From Nitrosopumilus sp. (GTDB lineage: Archaea > Thermoproteota > Nitrososphaeria > Nitrososphaerales > Nitrosopumilaceae): 64,000 nucleotides of DNA. The notes beneath the pieces were generated by a model, which did no database searches, had not been told where the DNA came from, and worked only from the letters and a program-made list of their open reading frames with translations. The translations under genes were made by a program, and so were the position numbers. The stretch lies in assembly GCA_965218785.1 (NCBI GenBank), contig OZ244650.1, positions 1,376,001 through 1,440,000 of the forward strand. The letters run 5' to 3'. This document shows, one piece after another, positions 30,714-40,929 of this stretch (positions are counted from its first letter, which is position 1; every line of letters begins with the position of its first letter).

Positions 30714-30792
30714 GCAAGGGAATATAGGTTTTAGGGGACGATGCTGCCGGATCATGACATAGACTTTATTACAAGCATTTCAAATTACAGTT

Positions 30793-33282
30793 ATGAAAAA
30801 ATTGCTAGTTATCATGCTAGCTCTTTCAGTTGCAGTCTTGGCATGTCATCCTCATCATTATCATGAGGCATTTGCGGAAAAAAACACGTTTTTTGATTCA
30901 GTCAAATTCATCCAGTATCTGGATGAAAATACGGCATTAGAGGAGGTGCGTAATGGAAATCTTGACGTGTATTATTACAGGATTTCATCAGACAGGCTAG
31001 AGGGCAGCCAGGATTCGGATGATTTGCAGGTGTTTGACTCTACGGGTGGGTCATACAGCATCCTGGTCAATCCGGCAGAGTCTGAAAAATTCAATCCGTT
31101 CTCAATTAAGGATGTCAGATTTGCGCTGAATTATCTGGTGGATAGAAAATTAATTGTAAATGAACTGATGGGCGGGTATGGCTCTAAGATCATCTCCTAT
31201 TATGGTCCGTCAGATCCGGAATACCTCACAGTCATCGAGCAGTTAGAGACGTTTAATTTCAGATACAATCCGACCCTTGCAGAAGAAATTATTGGCAAGG
31301 CACTCAAAGAGAGGGGTGCGGTAAAAATCAACGACAGGTGGCACATCGATCAGAGTCCGATCGAAGTTACCATCTTCATCAGAAGTGACGACCCTGTTAG
31401 AAAATCAATAGGGGAGATTTTGACAGTAGAGCTAGAAAAGATCGGATTTACTGTCACAAAGGATTTTGGAGATCTGAACAAGGCATTTGTGGTGGTGTAC
31501 GGTTCGAATCCGGCTGACTTGAAATGGAGCCTATACACAGAGGGGTGGGGACGTTCTGCATTTGTAAGATATGACGCCGTAGGACTAGGACAGATGTATT
31601 CCCCCTGGTTTTCAAATATGCCGGGATTCAATGATCCCACATACTGGAATTATGAAAACGAAAAGCTCGACGAGATTACCCAGAAGATATACAGCGGGGG
31701 CTTTGAATCCCCGGAGAAGAGAACAGAACTAGTCCGGGAGGCAGTCATCGAGGGGGTAAACGAGTCTGTCAGGATTTTTTTGGCAAGCAAGATTGATCAG
31801 TATGTTGCAAACAAGAGAGTCAGCGGAATAATCAACGACTTTGGCGCCGGAGTTCCAAGCAGGTTCACCCCGATTAATGCAAAAGGCAGCAGTGACGAGT
31901 TTGTAGTAGGGGTAAAACAGATCTATCAGGGGGCGTGGAATCCGGTAATGGGATTAACTGACAGCTACAGCAGACACATCTGGGGAATAGTATCAGATCC
32001 GGGCACGTTTAAACATCCGTTTACCGGAGAGACATTTCCAGTCAGGGCCAACTGGCAGGTTCAAACCGCAGGACCAGACGGAAAACTAGGCGTTCCAGAA
32101 GATGCCATGATATGGAATCCGTCAGTACAGGGATGGGAGGGTGTCGGTCCGGATTCATTTGCAACAAGCAAGGTGACATTTGACTTTGAATTTAGCAACT
32201 GGCATAACGGAGAAAAGATGGACATCAATGACATTTTACATTCATTATACTTTACAATAGAATGGGGGACACAGGCAGATGAGAACGACAAGACTTTTGA
32301 TGCGGAATTCACGCCAAGAGCGGCCCAGAGTGTCCAGACAATTATCGGCGTAAAACAGATAGACGTGGATACGATTGAAGTTTATGTCAATTATTGGCAT
32401 TTTGATGAGGGGGAGATTGCAGACTGGGCAGTAATATGGAATACAATGCCGTGGGAGATCTCATCTGCGATGGAAAAGGCAGTCACGGATGGAAAGGTCT
32501 CATTTTCAAGATCCGGTGCCACAAGCAAGAATGTAGGCTGGTTATCACTAATTATTCCAAATGACGCGGATCTTATCAGGGATTACCTGCAGGAATTCAG
32601 GGATTCTGGCTATATTCCTGCACCGTTAAAGGAGGGCAACAACTATGAATACTTTCAAGCAAGGTACGACTCTTCAATAAAATGGATCAACGAGAACAAT
32701 CATGCAGTGATTAGTAACGGTCCGTTTTATCTAGAGTCATATGCGCCAGAGTCGCGGACCATAACTGTCAGCGCCTTTGATGATGATTCATATCCATTTA
32801 AAATTGGGAGATGGTCGGAATTTGAAAAAGAGTCATCACCGGTCATCAGAGATGTCAGCATCAAAAAAAACGTTCAGAGGGGGGAGGTCTTTGAGATTAA
32901 ACTCAGAACGGATCACACAGATACCATACTTTATTTTCTGACAGGCAGCGAGGGTAACATGATATCATCAGAGAGCGTCCAGATAAGGGATGGTGAGGCC
33001 ACACTCAGCATACCATCAAAAGACACAGAAAGGCTGGGAGTCGGGGCAAGCAACATCAAGATATTTGCAATTTCAGATTCAGTACTAAAGCCGGATTTTT
33101 ATGAATCAAGTTTTATTGTGACAGACGGCAAGACAGAGCTGCCAGTCAGTACACATCAGGGCGTCGAGTTTGCCAGGGACATGCCAGAATACTGGATTTG
33201 GATGACAATACCAATTCTGATAGTTGCAGTGGCAATAATTTATCTGAGGAAAAGATATCTACGACAATCCAAAGTCCCTTGA
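30793..33282 (+). CDS. ABC transporter substrate-binding protein (family 5, peptide/nickel)
   Basis: Signal peptide, NPFS..DVRFALNYL.DR, ISNGPFYL, C-terminal TM anchor. Confidence 0.85.
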   Translation: MKKLLVIMLALSVAVLACHPHHYHEAFAEKNTFFDSVKFIQYLDENTALEEVRNGNLDVYYYRISSDRLEGSQDSDDLQVFDSTGGSYSILVNPAESEKFNPFSIKDVRFALNYLVDRKLIVNELMGGYGSKIISYYGPSDPEYLTVIEQLETFNFRYNPTLAEEIIGKALKERGAVKINDRWHIDQSPIEVTIFIRSDDPVRKSIGEILTVELEKIGFTVTKDFGDLNKAFVVVYGSNPADLKWSLYTEGWGRSAFVRYDAVGLGQMYSPWFSNMPGFNDPTYWNYENEKLDEITQKIYSGGFESPEKRTELVREAVIEGVNESVRIFLASKIDQYVANKRVSGIINDFGAGVPSRFTPINAKGSSDEFVVGVKQIYQGAWNPVMGLTDSYSRHIWGIVSDPGTFKHPFTGETFPVRANWQVQTAGPDGKLGVPEDAMIWNPSVQGWEGVGPDSFATSKVTFDFEFSNWHNGEKMDINDILHSLYFTIEWGTQADENDKTFDAEFTPRAAQSVQTIIGVKQIDVDTIEVYVNYWHFDEGEIADWAVIWNTMPWEISSAMEKAVTDGKVSFSRSGATSKNVGWLSLIIPNDADLIRDYLQEFRDSGYIPAPLKEGNNYEYFQARYDSSIKWINENNHAVISNGPFYLESYAPESRTITVSAFDDDSYPFKIGRWSEFEKESSPVIRDVSIKKNVQRGEVFEIKLRTDHTDTILYFLTGSEGNMISSESVQIRDGEATLSIPSKDTERLGVGASNIKIFAISDSVLKPDFYESSFIVTDGKTELPVSTHQGVEFARDMPEYWIWMTIPILIVAVAIIYLRKRYLRQSKVP

Positions 33283-33750
33283 GACTGATTTTACCTGATC
33301 CTCATCCTGGACTTTGGCATACTCATCTAGGAGGTTCTGGTTTAGTTCATAAAATGTATGCCCCCACTTGAATTTGTCAAGCAGTTCCAAAGCCTGTTCC
33401 GGGAAACCCAAGACAAACAATGATGCAGACAATGCCTCGACGGTGGTCAGTTTGTTGAGTTTTGAATAATTTACGGGGTTTCCTGCAAGCAATGGCGGGA
33501 GTCTTCGTTTTATCCCGTTGAATTTTTTTGAGAATGCCTGGTCGGCAAGATTCCAGGAGCAGTCAATTCCGACAATGCCGTTAATCTGGGATCTGTCCTT
33601 TGGCAGCAGTGTTTTTTCAGAAAAGGGATCTAAAACCAGACATCTGTTGCCGATTTTTTTGATGTTCCTGGCAAGACCGAATTTTACCATCTTGGCAGCC
33701 GTGCACTTTTTTGGATCATCCTGATAAAACATCAGTACCTGCAATCTCAT
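33259..33750 (-). CDS. tsr3: 16S rRNA aminocarboxypropyltransferase (DUF367)
   Basis: DDPKKCT, IDCSW, RLPPLLAGNPVNY, FKWGHTF motifs; ATG at 33750. Confidence 0.9.
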   Translation of the reverse strand: MRLQVLMFYQDDPKKCTAAKMVKFGLARNIKKIGNRCLVLDPFSEKTLLPKDRSQINGIVGIDCSWNLADQAFSKKFNGIKRRLPPLLAGNPVNYSKLNKLTTVEALSASLFVLGFPEQALELLDKFKWGHTFYELNQNLLDEYAKVQDEDQVKSVSRDFGLS

Positions 33751-33781
33751 TGATTCAGTCACACCTAACGGTATTTTGAAT

Positions 33782-36700
33782 TTACTGTACGGTCTTGTAT
33801 ATGACTTTGTAGTAAAATCGCGAGGCCTGATCATCTTTTATGACTTTGACGTTCCATTCTGCATCAGGCAGAAATTCCTCAGAGGACTCGGGCAGAATGC
33901 TGAATTTTTCCAGTCGTACGTCCGGACCGCTGTATCTTACGTTAAGGGCGACACCGTCGGCTAGAACAGATTCATAAATCTGTCCGGGTTTTCTAGTGGA
34001 TTCGCTGACAAGACAGCCCTCATCAGGGCCGATTATACACAGTCCGGTATCAGTGGAGACCCGAAGATTCACGTGTGGCTCATCGGCTCTAAGGGGGGTA
34101 ATCAGGGAGCCGGAGATAGCTCTGGGAGCAACAACTGCCGCTAGATCATCTACGGTCTTTTCTGCAACGGGGATTGATATCGTTGTTTCTGGAATTCTGT
34201 TTTCTTTTTCAATTATCGTTTTTAATTTTGATTCGGTTGGTTTTTCAACCACGGTAAACAAGAGTGATTTTTCTTCAAAGTCGGCATTGACTGTCACCTC
34301 GTACTCTCCAACAGCGGATGTCTCATCAGGAATTACAAATTCATGGGTAAAAGAACCCGAAGAGCTCGGCCTGATGTTGACTGTGGAATCGGCATACATC
34401 CCACAGACAAACGTGCCGCAGTTAATTTCAGTATCCGTCTTTTGGATGATGTTTACATCGTATCCCTCAAGATAGATCAGCTTGTTTGGTTTTCCGCTGA
34501 TAGTTACGGTCTCACCAGGATAGTATTCGGGTTTGTCAGTGGATGCCAAGAGTGCCACCGGTCCGTCAAGATCAAAGGCAAAATCATTTGCAACACCAAA
34601 GGTGGACTGTGATCTCGCGTTGATATAATTTGCCTTTATGATGTAGGATCCATCAGTGAAGATTGTAACTGGCAGTTCAAAGAGGCTTGAGAATTCACCG
34701 CCCTGGTCTGGGTATACGGAGGCCTCATGAATCTGTTTGTTCGGGAAGACTCCGTCATGTATCCGGATAGAGACCCTGTCTGGGATGACTAGTCCCTCGT
34801 CATTTTGACTGCGTAAAATGACATTTCCGATGACCTTTAGTTTTTCACCTGCCTTGTATAACGGCTTTTCAGCAGATACGAAGATTGGAGAATCAGATAA
34901 AGAGTCGTTTTCAGGATCAGCTGATACCTTGAAGAAGAGATCGACATACTCAGAGTCAGTAGATACCTTGATTTTGTATACGCCGAAATTTGACTTTAAT
35001 GAATCCTGGATATTGGCAACGTTGATATTTTGATATTTTTCAGAAATCGGGGTTGCCCACGACCATGAAAAACGTTGGTTGTCAACATATGCCCCATAAT
35101 CAGTTCCGGTGCCATCAGGTCTCGTCAGCGAGATTTTGACCGTGTTGCTGCTAGTTGGTTTGACTATTCCCGAAAGGTTGACAGTCTCCCCAAGACCGTA
35201 GATTTCCTTGTCAAGGGTAATGGTTGCATTATCGATCAAATCATCAAACGGATCGGTTATTGAAAAAGTGGTGATTGCAGAATGGGTAAAGTATACTGCT
35301 TTTGCGACATAGTTTCCCAGGGTAAAGACAGTATGCGTGGCATCAATCTGGGTGGAATATCTTCCCGAAATCTCAGGAATGGCCGTAAATTCATATCCTA
35401 CTTTTTGATCATTTTTTGATCTGTTTTGTGCCCCGTTTGACAATGCAAAAATCTCCAGCGGGGTGCCGTCTTCATGGGAGATGGTAATGCGTACCACCGA
35501 GCCGGTCTTGTAAGTGGAATTCTCATGTGGATCCAGAACAAACCCGCTTAGGCTCATCGTCTCGCCAAAATCATAGGATTCTTTGTCAGATTCGATAGTT
35601 AGCGGCTCGGTTATCGCGACAAAGTTTTCAGGATCGGCAACTGCATGAATTACAATGCTTACAGAACCAATGTCCTTTGATACATTGATTCTATAGTCGC
35701 CCAGTCTAAGATCGTTGTCTGGAATTGTAAAAGTATGGGCAAAAGAACCGTCGCCATCTATTGTCAATCCGTCTAGAATTTTAAATCCCGTATCACTGCG
35801 GGAGTTTGCAATGGATGCCTGCTTTGTTTGAATGATCTCCAGATCCAGCGTGCTGACCCAGACCTGGTTTAATCTGCCAGTAATTTTAACCTCATCACCC
35901 AAACCATAAGCGGTTTTATCAGTCCAGAGGGAGATTGGTACGTCTTCTTTAATATCCTCGAGTAGATCAAAGGTGGTAGAGGCGGATTTGTCAGAATATT
36001 CTGCGTCAATCAGATATGTTCCATACACAGGATCCACTGTTGTCATGTATACGCGGGTTGTAAATTCGTCGTTGACTGGGAAAAGAGTTCCACTGGCAAT
36101 TACCTTGTCATCAGGGTCTTTGAGGGTAAATGCCATTCCCTCAAATGGTATTATATCTGTGGCAGTTCCAGTTATCCCAACGTACTCTCCTGGGAGGTAC
36201 TGTGGTTTGTCAGTAAGCAGGTCAGTTAAACCGTCTACTTTTTCTACTTCCTCGATTAGTTCATATCCCACAGAAAAACTGGTGTCTGCTGTCGCATCTG
36301 CATAGATTACAGATACGTCATAAGTGCCTTCACCGACTCCGAGAACCTGCTGCAGTCTAATCGTGGTTTCAAAATTCAGATTCATATCAGGATACAGTCT
36401 CACGGTTTTGACAAAGTTGGGACCGGAGATATCAATCACGACAGAATCGGACTGGAAGAATGGCTTGTAAATGAAAACCTCTTTAGAGACGGTTCCGCTA
36501 ATTACGGCGGTTTGGCCAAAGATGTACGAGGGGTCTGATGAAACAGTTACAGTAACGCCCCGTGATTTCTGTGACTCGATCTGCTTTCCGTTTGATGAGC
36601 CCGCATTGGATGTATCAAATTTCCAATCATATTGACTGTCCAGATCATAACCATCATAGATTCTCTGCCAGGAGGCAAAGTCATTTTGATGGTCAGAGAG

Positions 36701-37069
36701 TGTGGGGGTCTTGTCAACAACGATTCCAGTGTCATCTCGAAGCTCGACAGAGTCTCCAGAGTCAGTAAACCAGATGGGTTGATGTGAATAGATCAGAAAA
36801 TCTCCAGAACCGATCACAGTACCGCCAGGTATCGTCAGTGTTTTTTTAAGACCGACAGTAGATGCAATCTCCCAGCCGCCAATATCGACATCAGAATCAG
36901 TAGGATTGTAAATCTCAATCCATTCAGATACGGAGGCGGCATCATTTCCGGGAGGATTAATGTCTAATTCGTTAATTATAACATGCTCAGAGATTGTCTG
37001 GGCATATGCTGGGGCTAAAAATCCTACAAACAGGACCAAAGACAGTATCATAGGCAGATTCCGGTTCAT
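33782..37069 (-). CDS. Large secreted lamin-tail-domain protein with repeated Ig-like modules
   Basis: Signal peptide; IINELD.NP..EWIEIYN..DVDIGGW lamin-tail domain; repeated TDK..Y..GE.V.I.G modules. Confidence 0.85.
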   Translation of the reverse strand: MNRNLPMILSLVLFVGFLAPAYAQTISEHVIINELDINPPGNDAASVSEWIEIYNPTDSDVDIGGWEIASTVGLKKTLTIPGGTVIGSGDFLIYSHQPIWFTDSGDSVELRDDTGIVVDKTPTLSDHQNDFASWQRIYDGYDLDSQYDWKFDTSNAGSSNGKQIESQKSRGVTVTVSSDPSYIFGQTAVISGTVSKEVFIYKPFFQSDSVVIDISGPNFVKTVRLYPDMNLNFETTIRLQQVLGVGEGTYDVSVIYADATADTSFSVGYELIEEVEKVDGLTDLLTDKPQYLPGEYVGITGTATDIIPFEGMAFTLKDPDDKVIASGTLFPVNDEFTTRVYMTTVDPVYGTYLIDAEYSDKSASTTFDLLEDIKEDVPISLWTDKTAYGLGDEVKITGRLNQVWVSTLDLEIIQTKQASIANSRSDTGFKILDGLTIDGDGSFAHTFTIPDNDLRLGDYRINVSKDIGSVSIVIHAVADPENFVAITEPLTIESDKESYDFGETMSLSGFVLDPHENSTYKTGSVVRITISHEDGTPLEIFALSNGAQNRSKNDQKVGYEFTAIPEISGRYSTQIDATHTVFTLGNYVAKAVYFTHSAITTFSITDPFDDLIDNATITLDKEIYGLGETVNLSGIVKPTSSNTVKISLTRPDGTGTDYGAYVDNQRFSWSWATPISEKYQNINVANIQDSLKSNFGVYKIKVSTDSEYVDLFFKVSADPENDSLSDSPIFVSAEKPLYKAGEKLKVIGNVILRSQNDEGLVIPDRVSIRIHDGVFPNKQIHEASVYPDQGGEFSSLFELPVTIFTDGSYIIKANYINARSQSTFGVANDFAFDLDGPVALLASTDKPEYYPGETVTISGKPNKLIYLEGYDVNIIQKTDTEINCGTFVCGMYADSTVNIRPSSSGSFTHEFVIPDETSAVGEYEVTVNADFEEKSLLFTVVEKPTESKLKTIIEKENRIPETTISIPVAEKTVDDLAAVVAPRAISGSLITPLRADEPHVNLRVSTDTGLCIIGPDEGCLVSESTRKPGQIYESVLADGVALNVRYSGPDVRLEKFSILPESSEEFLPDAEWNVKVIKDDQASRFYYKVIYKTVQ

Positions 37070-37207
37070 TGCTGTTTCCTGACTTGCTGTGCCATTGTAC
37101 TCATTTTAGAAGGAAATTGAGGAAAAGTTGAGCTTATGGTTAAAGTCAGATATATCAAAGCCATCAAAGATGAATCTGGTTTTTCGGTATTAAGGCATGC
37201 GTAGGAG

Positions 37208-37462
37208 TTATTCCTCGGAATAGTCGCAGTTTGGGCATTGTTTGTCGTGGATTTTAGAGCCACACTCCAGGCATATTCCCTCTCCGACGTCGCGTGCAAT
37301 CATCTGGCTTCGCTTTGCCACATACACCTTGATTCCAAAATACATGAGAGTCACGATGAGAACCGCATAAATGGGCGCCATAAACGGAATCAGCCCAATC
37401 ATGAAAAGCAAAAGCCCTACAATCAAAAGGATGTCCCGTCTCTCAAATTTCAATGAAATCAA
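37208..37462 (-). CDS. Small membrane protein with a C-terminal zinc ribbon
   Basis: Two TM segments plus CLECG...CPNC. Confidence 0.7.
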   Translation of the reverse strand: MISLKFERRDILLIVGLLLFMIGLIPFMAPIYAVLIVTLMYFGIKVYVAKRSQMIARDVGEGICLECGSKIHDKQCPNCDYSEE

Positions 37463-37591
37463 TCATCATGGAATTTATAAAAACATGCCGGAGCTCAGAG
37501 CCAATTAGTTTATTTCACATATCATTACTCTAACTCTTCTTCATTGCTCGGCAGTGATGTTATGCGGTAATTTGATAATAAGATATGGTTG

Positions 37592-37668
37592 TGGTGGGAT
37601 CGGCGTGATTCGAACGCGCGACCTCTGCGTCCCAAACGCAGAATCATACCAAGCTAGACCACGATCCC
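37592..37668 (-). tRNA. tRNA-Pro (anticodon TGG), with encoded CCA
   Basis: GGGATCG...CTGCG-TTTGGGA-CGCAG...GTTCGAATC...CGATCCC-A-CCA on the minus strand. Confidence 0.93.
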
Positions 37669-37739
37669 AGTAAATCATAAAAATCGCCCAATTTAAGCTT
37701 CACAGATAATCATTTTAAAGGCACACAAAGGATCAGTGT

Positions 37740-38636
37740 ATGCAGATCGAGGATTATCTCAAGGCAGGAAAAATTGCCGCCGAAGTAAGGGAAATTGTCA
37801 GGACGAAGGATTGGATTGGAAAGACAGTATATGAGATTTGCGAGTATGTCGAAGGGGAGATTGTAAAGAGGGGGGCAAGATGTGCCTTCCCGGTAAATAC
37901 CAGCATCAACGAGGTTGCAGCACATTATACAGCAGAGCCAGATGATCCGATTACAATCAAGGATACGGACCTGGTAAAGATTGATCTTGGCGCACAGGTT
38001 AACGGCTACATTGCAGATACTGCGGTAACTGTATGTTATGATGTACAGTCTGAGGGACTAGTCAGGGCAGCCGAGGAGGCACTGGCAAATGCAATGTCGA
38101 TGATCAAGGCAGGAGTAAAGGCAAGTGATGTCGGACGGACCATTGAGACTACGATTAAACGGATGGGATTCATACCGATTGCAAATCTTAGCGGCCACTC
38201 GCTGGGACAGTACACGATACATGCAGGAAAGTCCATTCCAAACATTTGGTCAATCGGGGGTTTCTCGCTTTCAGAGAGTTCAGCATATGCATGCGAGCCG
38301 TTTGTGACAACCGGAAAGGGCGGCGGCTTTGTCAGGAACGGACAGATAAAGAATATCTTCGCCATAAATTCACGAAAAAAGACAAAGGATGCAGAAGCAG
38401 ACAAGCTGCTTGATTTTATCTGGGAGAATTTCAACATGCTGCCATTTGCATTGAGATGGATTACAAAAGAGTGGGAGGAAAAAAAGGCAAGGGAGTTAAT
38501 GGCGATTTTGATAAAGAAAAAGGCAGTACAGGCATATCCGATTCTTTTGGAGGTAAATGAACAGAGGGTGGCACAGGCAGAACACACATTCATTCCAAAT
38601 GAAGGCGGCGTGACAGTAACAACCAGGGCACCGTGA
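37740..38636 (+). CDS. map: Methionine aminopeptidase type II
   Basis: AFPVN..INEVAAHYT, KIDLGAQVNGYIADTA, NLSGH, EPF, AQAEHT motifs. Confidence 0.95.
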   Translation: MQIEDYLKAGKIAAEVREIVRTKDWIGKTVYEICEYVEGEIVKRGARCAFPVNTSINEVAAHYTAEPDDPITIKDTDLVKIDLGAQVNGYIADTAVTVCYDVQSEGLVRAAEEALANAMSMIKAGVKASDVGRTIETTIKRMGFIPIANLSGHSLGQYTIHAGKSIPNIWSIGGFSLSESSAYACEPFVTTGKGGGFVRNGQIKNIFAINSRKKTKDAEADKLLDFIWENFNMLPFALRWITKEWEEKKARELMAILIKKKAVQAYPILLEVNEQRVAQAEHTFIPNEGGVTVTTRAP

Positions 38637-38679
38637 TTACATAATTTGGATTAAAATTTTCCACAAGATATGATTTGTA

Positions 38680-38724
38680 CGGTTCTGGTGCATTTTGGTA
38701 ATCAGATCACTAGAATCCACCAGA
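38680..38724 (+). repeat. Left terminal inverted repeat
   Basis: CGGTTCTGGTGCATTTTGGTAATCAGATCACTAGAATCCACCAGA. Confidence 0.9.
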
Positions 38725-38955
38725 CCCAAAATATTATCTGTAATTTCAATGATCATAAATACATCTATGAATAAAAGAGATTCAAATCATGATGTTGTCA
38801 GTCAGGATTGAGATATGATTGCCAGTGATATTTCTTGATTTTGTTTCTTATTCTGTAGTATTTTTTTTGTGTATAATACTTCATGTATTTCTCCAATAAG
38901 TAATCACATTCCTTTTACAAAATGGTATTTGTAACTGATTCTGATTTATCTTTTT

Positions 38956-39306
38956 CTATGGAATTCCGGCTTCAATGTTATCTAGTAATGCTCTTGCAAG
39001 TACCAGATCTTCTGTATTCACATTTTTCCCCACAGTGTATCTAGCTCTAATGCTTAATGTTGAAAGTAAATGGTAATCGGCATATACTGCATTTAGATGT
39101 GTTTCCACCAACTGATTTCTTACATGATGATTTATTTTTGAAGGATATTCTATCTGATTTCTAATAAAAAATTCATCTACCAAATGTAATGCAGTATAGA
39201 ATAATGTGGTAATTTCCCAATCCTTGTATTTTTGATTTTGTGATTGTAGCAAATTATTTGCATCCTTGTTGTGACTAATTTGATCAATTTGAAAATTTGT
39301 TGACAT
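38956..39306 (-). CDS. HEPN domain protein (putative toxin)
   Basis: HN...DWEITTLFYTALH...NH..R...L..LSIRARY helical HEPN pattern. Confidence 0.75.
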   Translation of the reverse strand: MSTNFQIDQISHNKDANNLLQSQNQKYKDWEITTLFYTALHLVDEFFIRNQIEYPSKINHHVRNQLVETHLNAVYADYHLLSTLSIRARYTVGKNVNTEDLVLARALLDNIEAGIP

Positions 39307-39314
39307 TTTTCAGA

Positions 39315-39914
39315 TTAGAGAATAGTTTTTGTCTCCTTTATTGTGTGAGGCTGGACTTCAGACTCGTGTAGAATCCATGGCTCAATATAATGATCTGGGA
39401 ATCCAGTTTCTAATTTTCGAATAGATTCATCAATTTTCCTGAGCGCATCTGTTTTATCATTAGAAGAATGGATTACAATTATTCTTATTTCTGAATCCTG
39501 TTTTGAATATGCTATTTTTGTGACATATTCCAAATGGTTAAGAGAATTTACTATTCTTTCTTCCTCCATTTGATCTAGTTCTGATGATTTTTTTGTTCCA
39601 GATGAAACAAAGCCGTTCTCATTTAATTTAGTATCAATCATAAAAGAAATCATTTTCTGGAATATGGGCATATTTTCTTCTAGTCTTTTATCTACAACTA
39701 ATTTGATTGTATGTTCGTCATCATACCCTGTACCTCTGATCCTTGCTGCAAAAATTTTCTGGGACGGTCCAGATCTGGAATATTCCAATGTTGGTAAGGA
39801 TTCTGTTGATATATCAACTGAGTTGGATGGTCTACGATATGCGTTTTTAGATGTATATGAAACAGACTTTTTTCCATCTATTTTTTTGATTTCGCTTCCT
39901 TCATTTTCACTCAT
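39315..39914 (-). CDS. Hypothetical protein with a C-terminal degenerate minimal-nucleotidyltransferase-like fold (putative antitoxin)
   Basis: C-terminal V.KIAY...DSEIRIIVI...L.KI......L...FPD..IEP....E mirrors MNT topology without GS/DxD. SD AGAGGTGA upstream; overlaps the upstream gene. Confidence 0.5.
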   Translation of the reverse strand: MSENEGSEIKKIDGKKSVSYTSKNAYRRPSNSVDISTESLPTLEYSRSGPSQKIFAARIRGTGYDDEHTIKLVVDKRLEENMPIFQKMISFMIDTKLNENGFVSSGTKKSSELDQMEEERIVNSLNHLEYVTKIAYSKQDSEIRIIVIHSSNDKTDALRKIDESIRKLETGFPDHYIEPWILHESEVQPHTIKETKTIL

Positions 39915-40683
39915 TCAAATCACCTCTATAGTATACATAAGTTGCAACTGTAAATGCAATCAATACTTTTATTACATTTATTCTTAACTCCATAGGCAGT
40001 TCATCCATTTCTTTAAATTCCTCTTTATGTTCGTTATAAAATTGACTTTTTGTCAAAAGTAAATAGTAATCCCCCGGATTGTCTATTGCTTTTATTATTG
40101 ATGTCTCCCCTCCTCTAATTGAATGATATATTGCCATAGCTAATCTGTAAATCATCGTAGTTGAATCCATAATTTTTTCATTAACAGTTTCTTTTGCAGC
40201 TTGAAAAATCATGTCTTTACTATTTACTTCATCCAAGATGTTGATTGAATGCAACAACTTTTCTGTATTTTTCTTTGCTGACTGTAAATTGAATTCTGCT
40301 TTGTATTTGTCACCGACTATTAATTTTGCAAGACATTCTCTTGAATTTTTTATCCAATTATCAAATGATTCAAACGAATTTAATTTTTTTAAAATATTCA
40401 TTGCTACTATCATATCATATTCCCAATGTCCAAATTGACCTCCATTTGAAGTATGAATAAATATTTCATCTGTAAAGCTTGTGGATTTTATTAATTCATA
40501 TAATTTAGGATTCACTGCAACTTCTAAATTTGTATCCATCTTGGATTCATCTTTTTTTATTTTGATATGTAAGAATGGAAAATTAGGACTAGTTGCAGTT
40601 TTGAGGAAAGTTGCTGTTTGGGATTCTTTTGGATTAGAACCAAAATTAAAGGAAAATCCTTCATGTATGTTATCTTTTAACAT
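39907..40683 (-). CDS. Hypothetical protein, first gene of the cargo operon
   Basis: 258-aa AT-rich ORF with a TTTATA upstream; no family recognised. Confidence 0.7.
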   Translation of the reverse strand: MLKDNIHEGFSFNFGSNPKESQTATFLKTATSPNFPFLHIKIKKDESKMDTNLEVAVNPKLYELIKSTSFTDEIFIHTSNGGQFGHWEYDMIVAMNILKKLNSFESFDNWIKNSRECLAKLIVGDKYKAEFNLQSAKKNTEKLLHSINILDEVNSKDMIFQAAKETVNEKIMDSTTMIYRLAMAIYHSIRGGETSIIKAIDNPGDYYLLLTKSQFYNEHKEEFKEMDELPMELRINVIKVLIAFTVATYVYYRGDLNE

Positions 40684-40929
40684 ATTTCATATACTCCAAT
40701 ACCTCATATAAAAATAAAATAGAATTCATGTAATCGATTGGATTCCCGCATGGATTTCTTGTCTGTAGATATAGTATATACCATATTGCAATTCATGGCT
40801 AACCTAATTTTTTCATCATCAGTCTGTCTCCTCTTAACCGTTGTCAAATTCTGAAATATGCCTTTCATCATTTACATGAGGTTGTTACTACCTAATTCAT
40901 ATTCATATCTTTTCACCTCGATTTTCGCT

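Noticed and set aside
38680-38724. Integron attC site interpretation of the palindromic repeats
   Set aside because: They lack the RYYYAAC…GTTRRRY arrangement, and the two copies are inverted around a multi-gene block rather than direct repeats after each gene.
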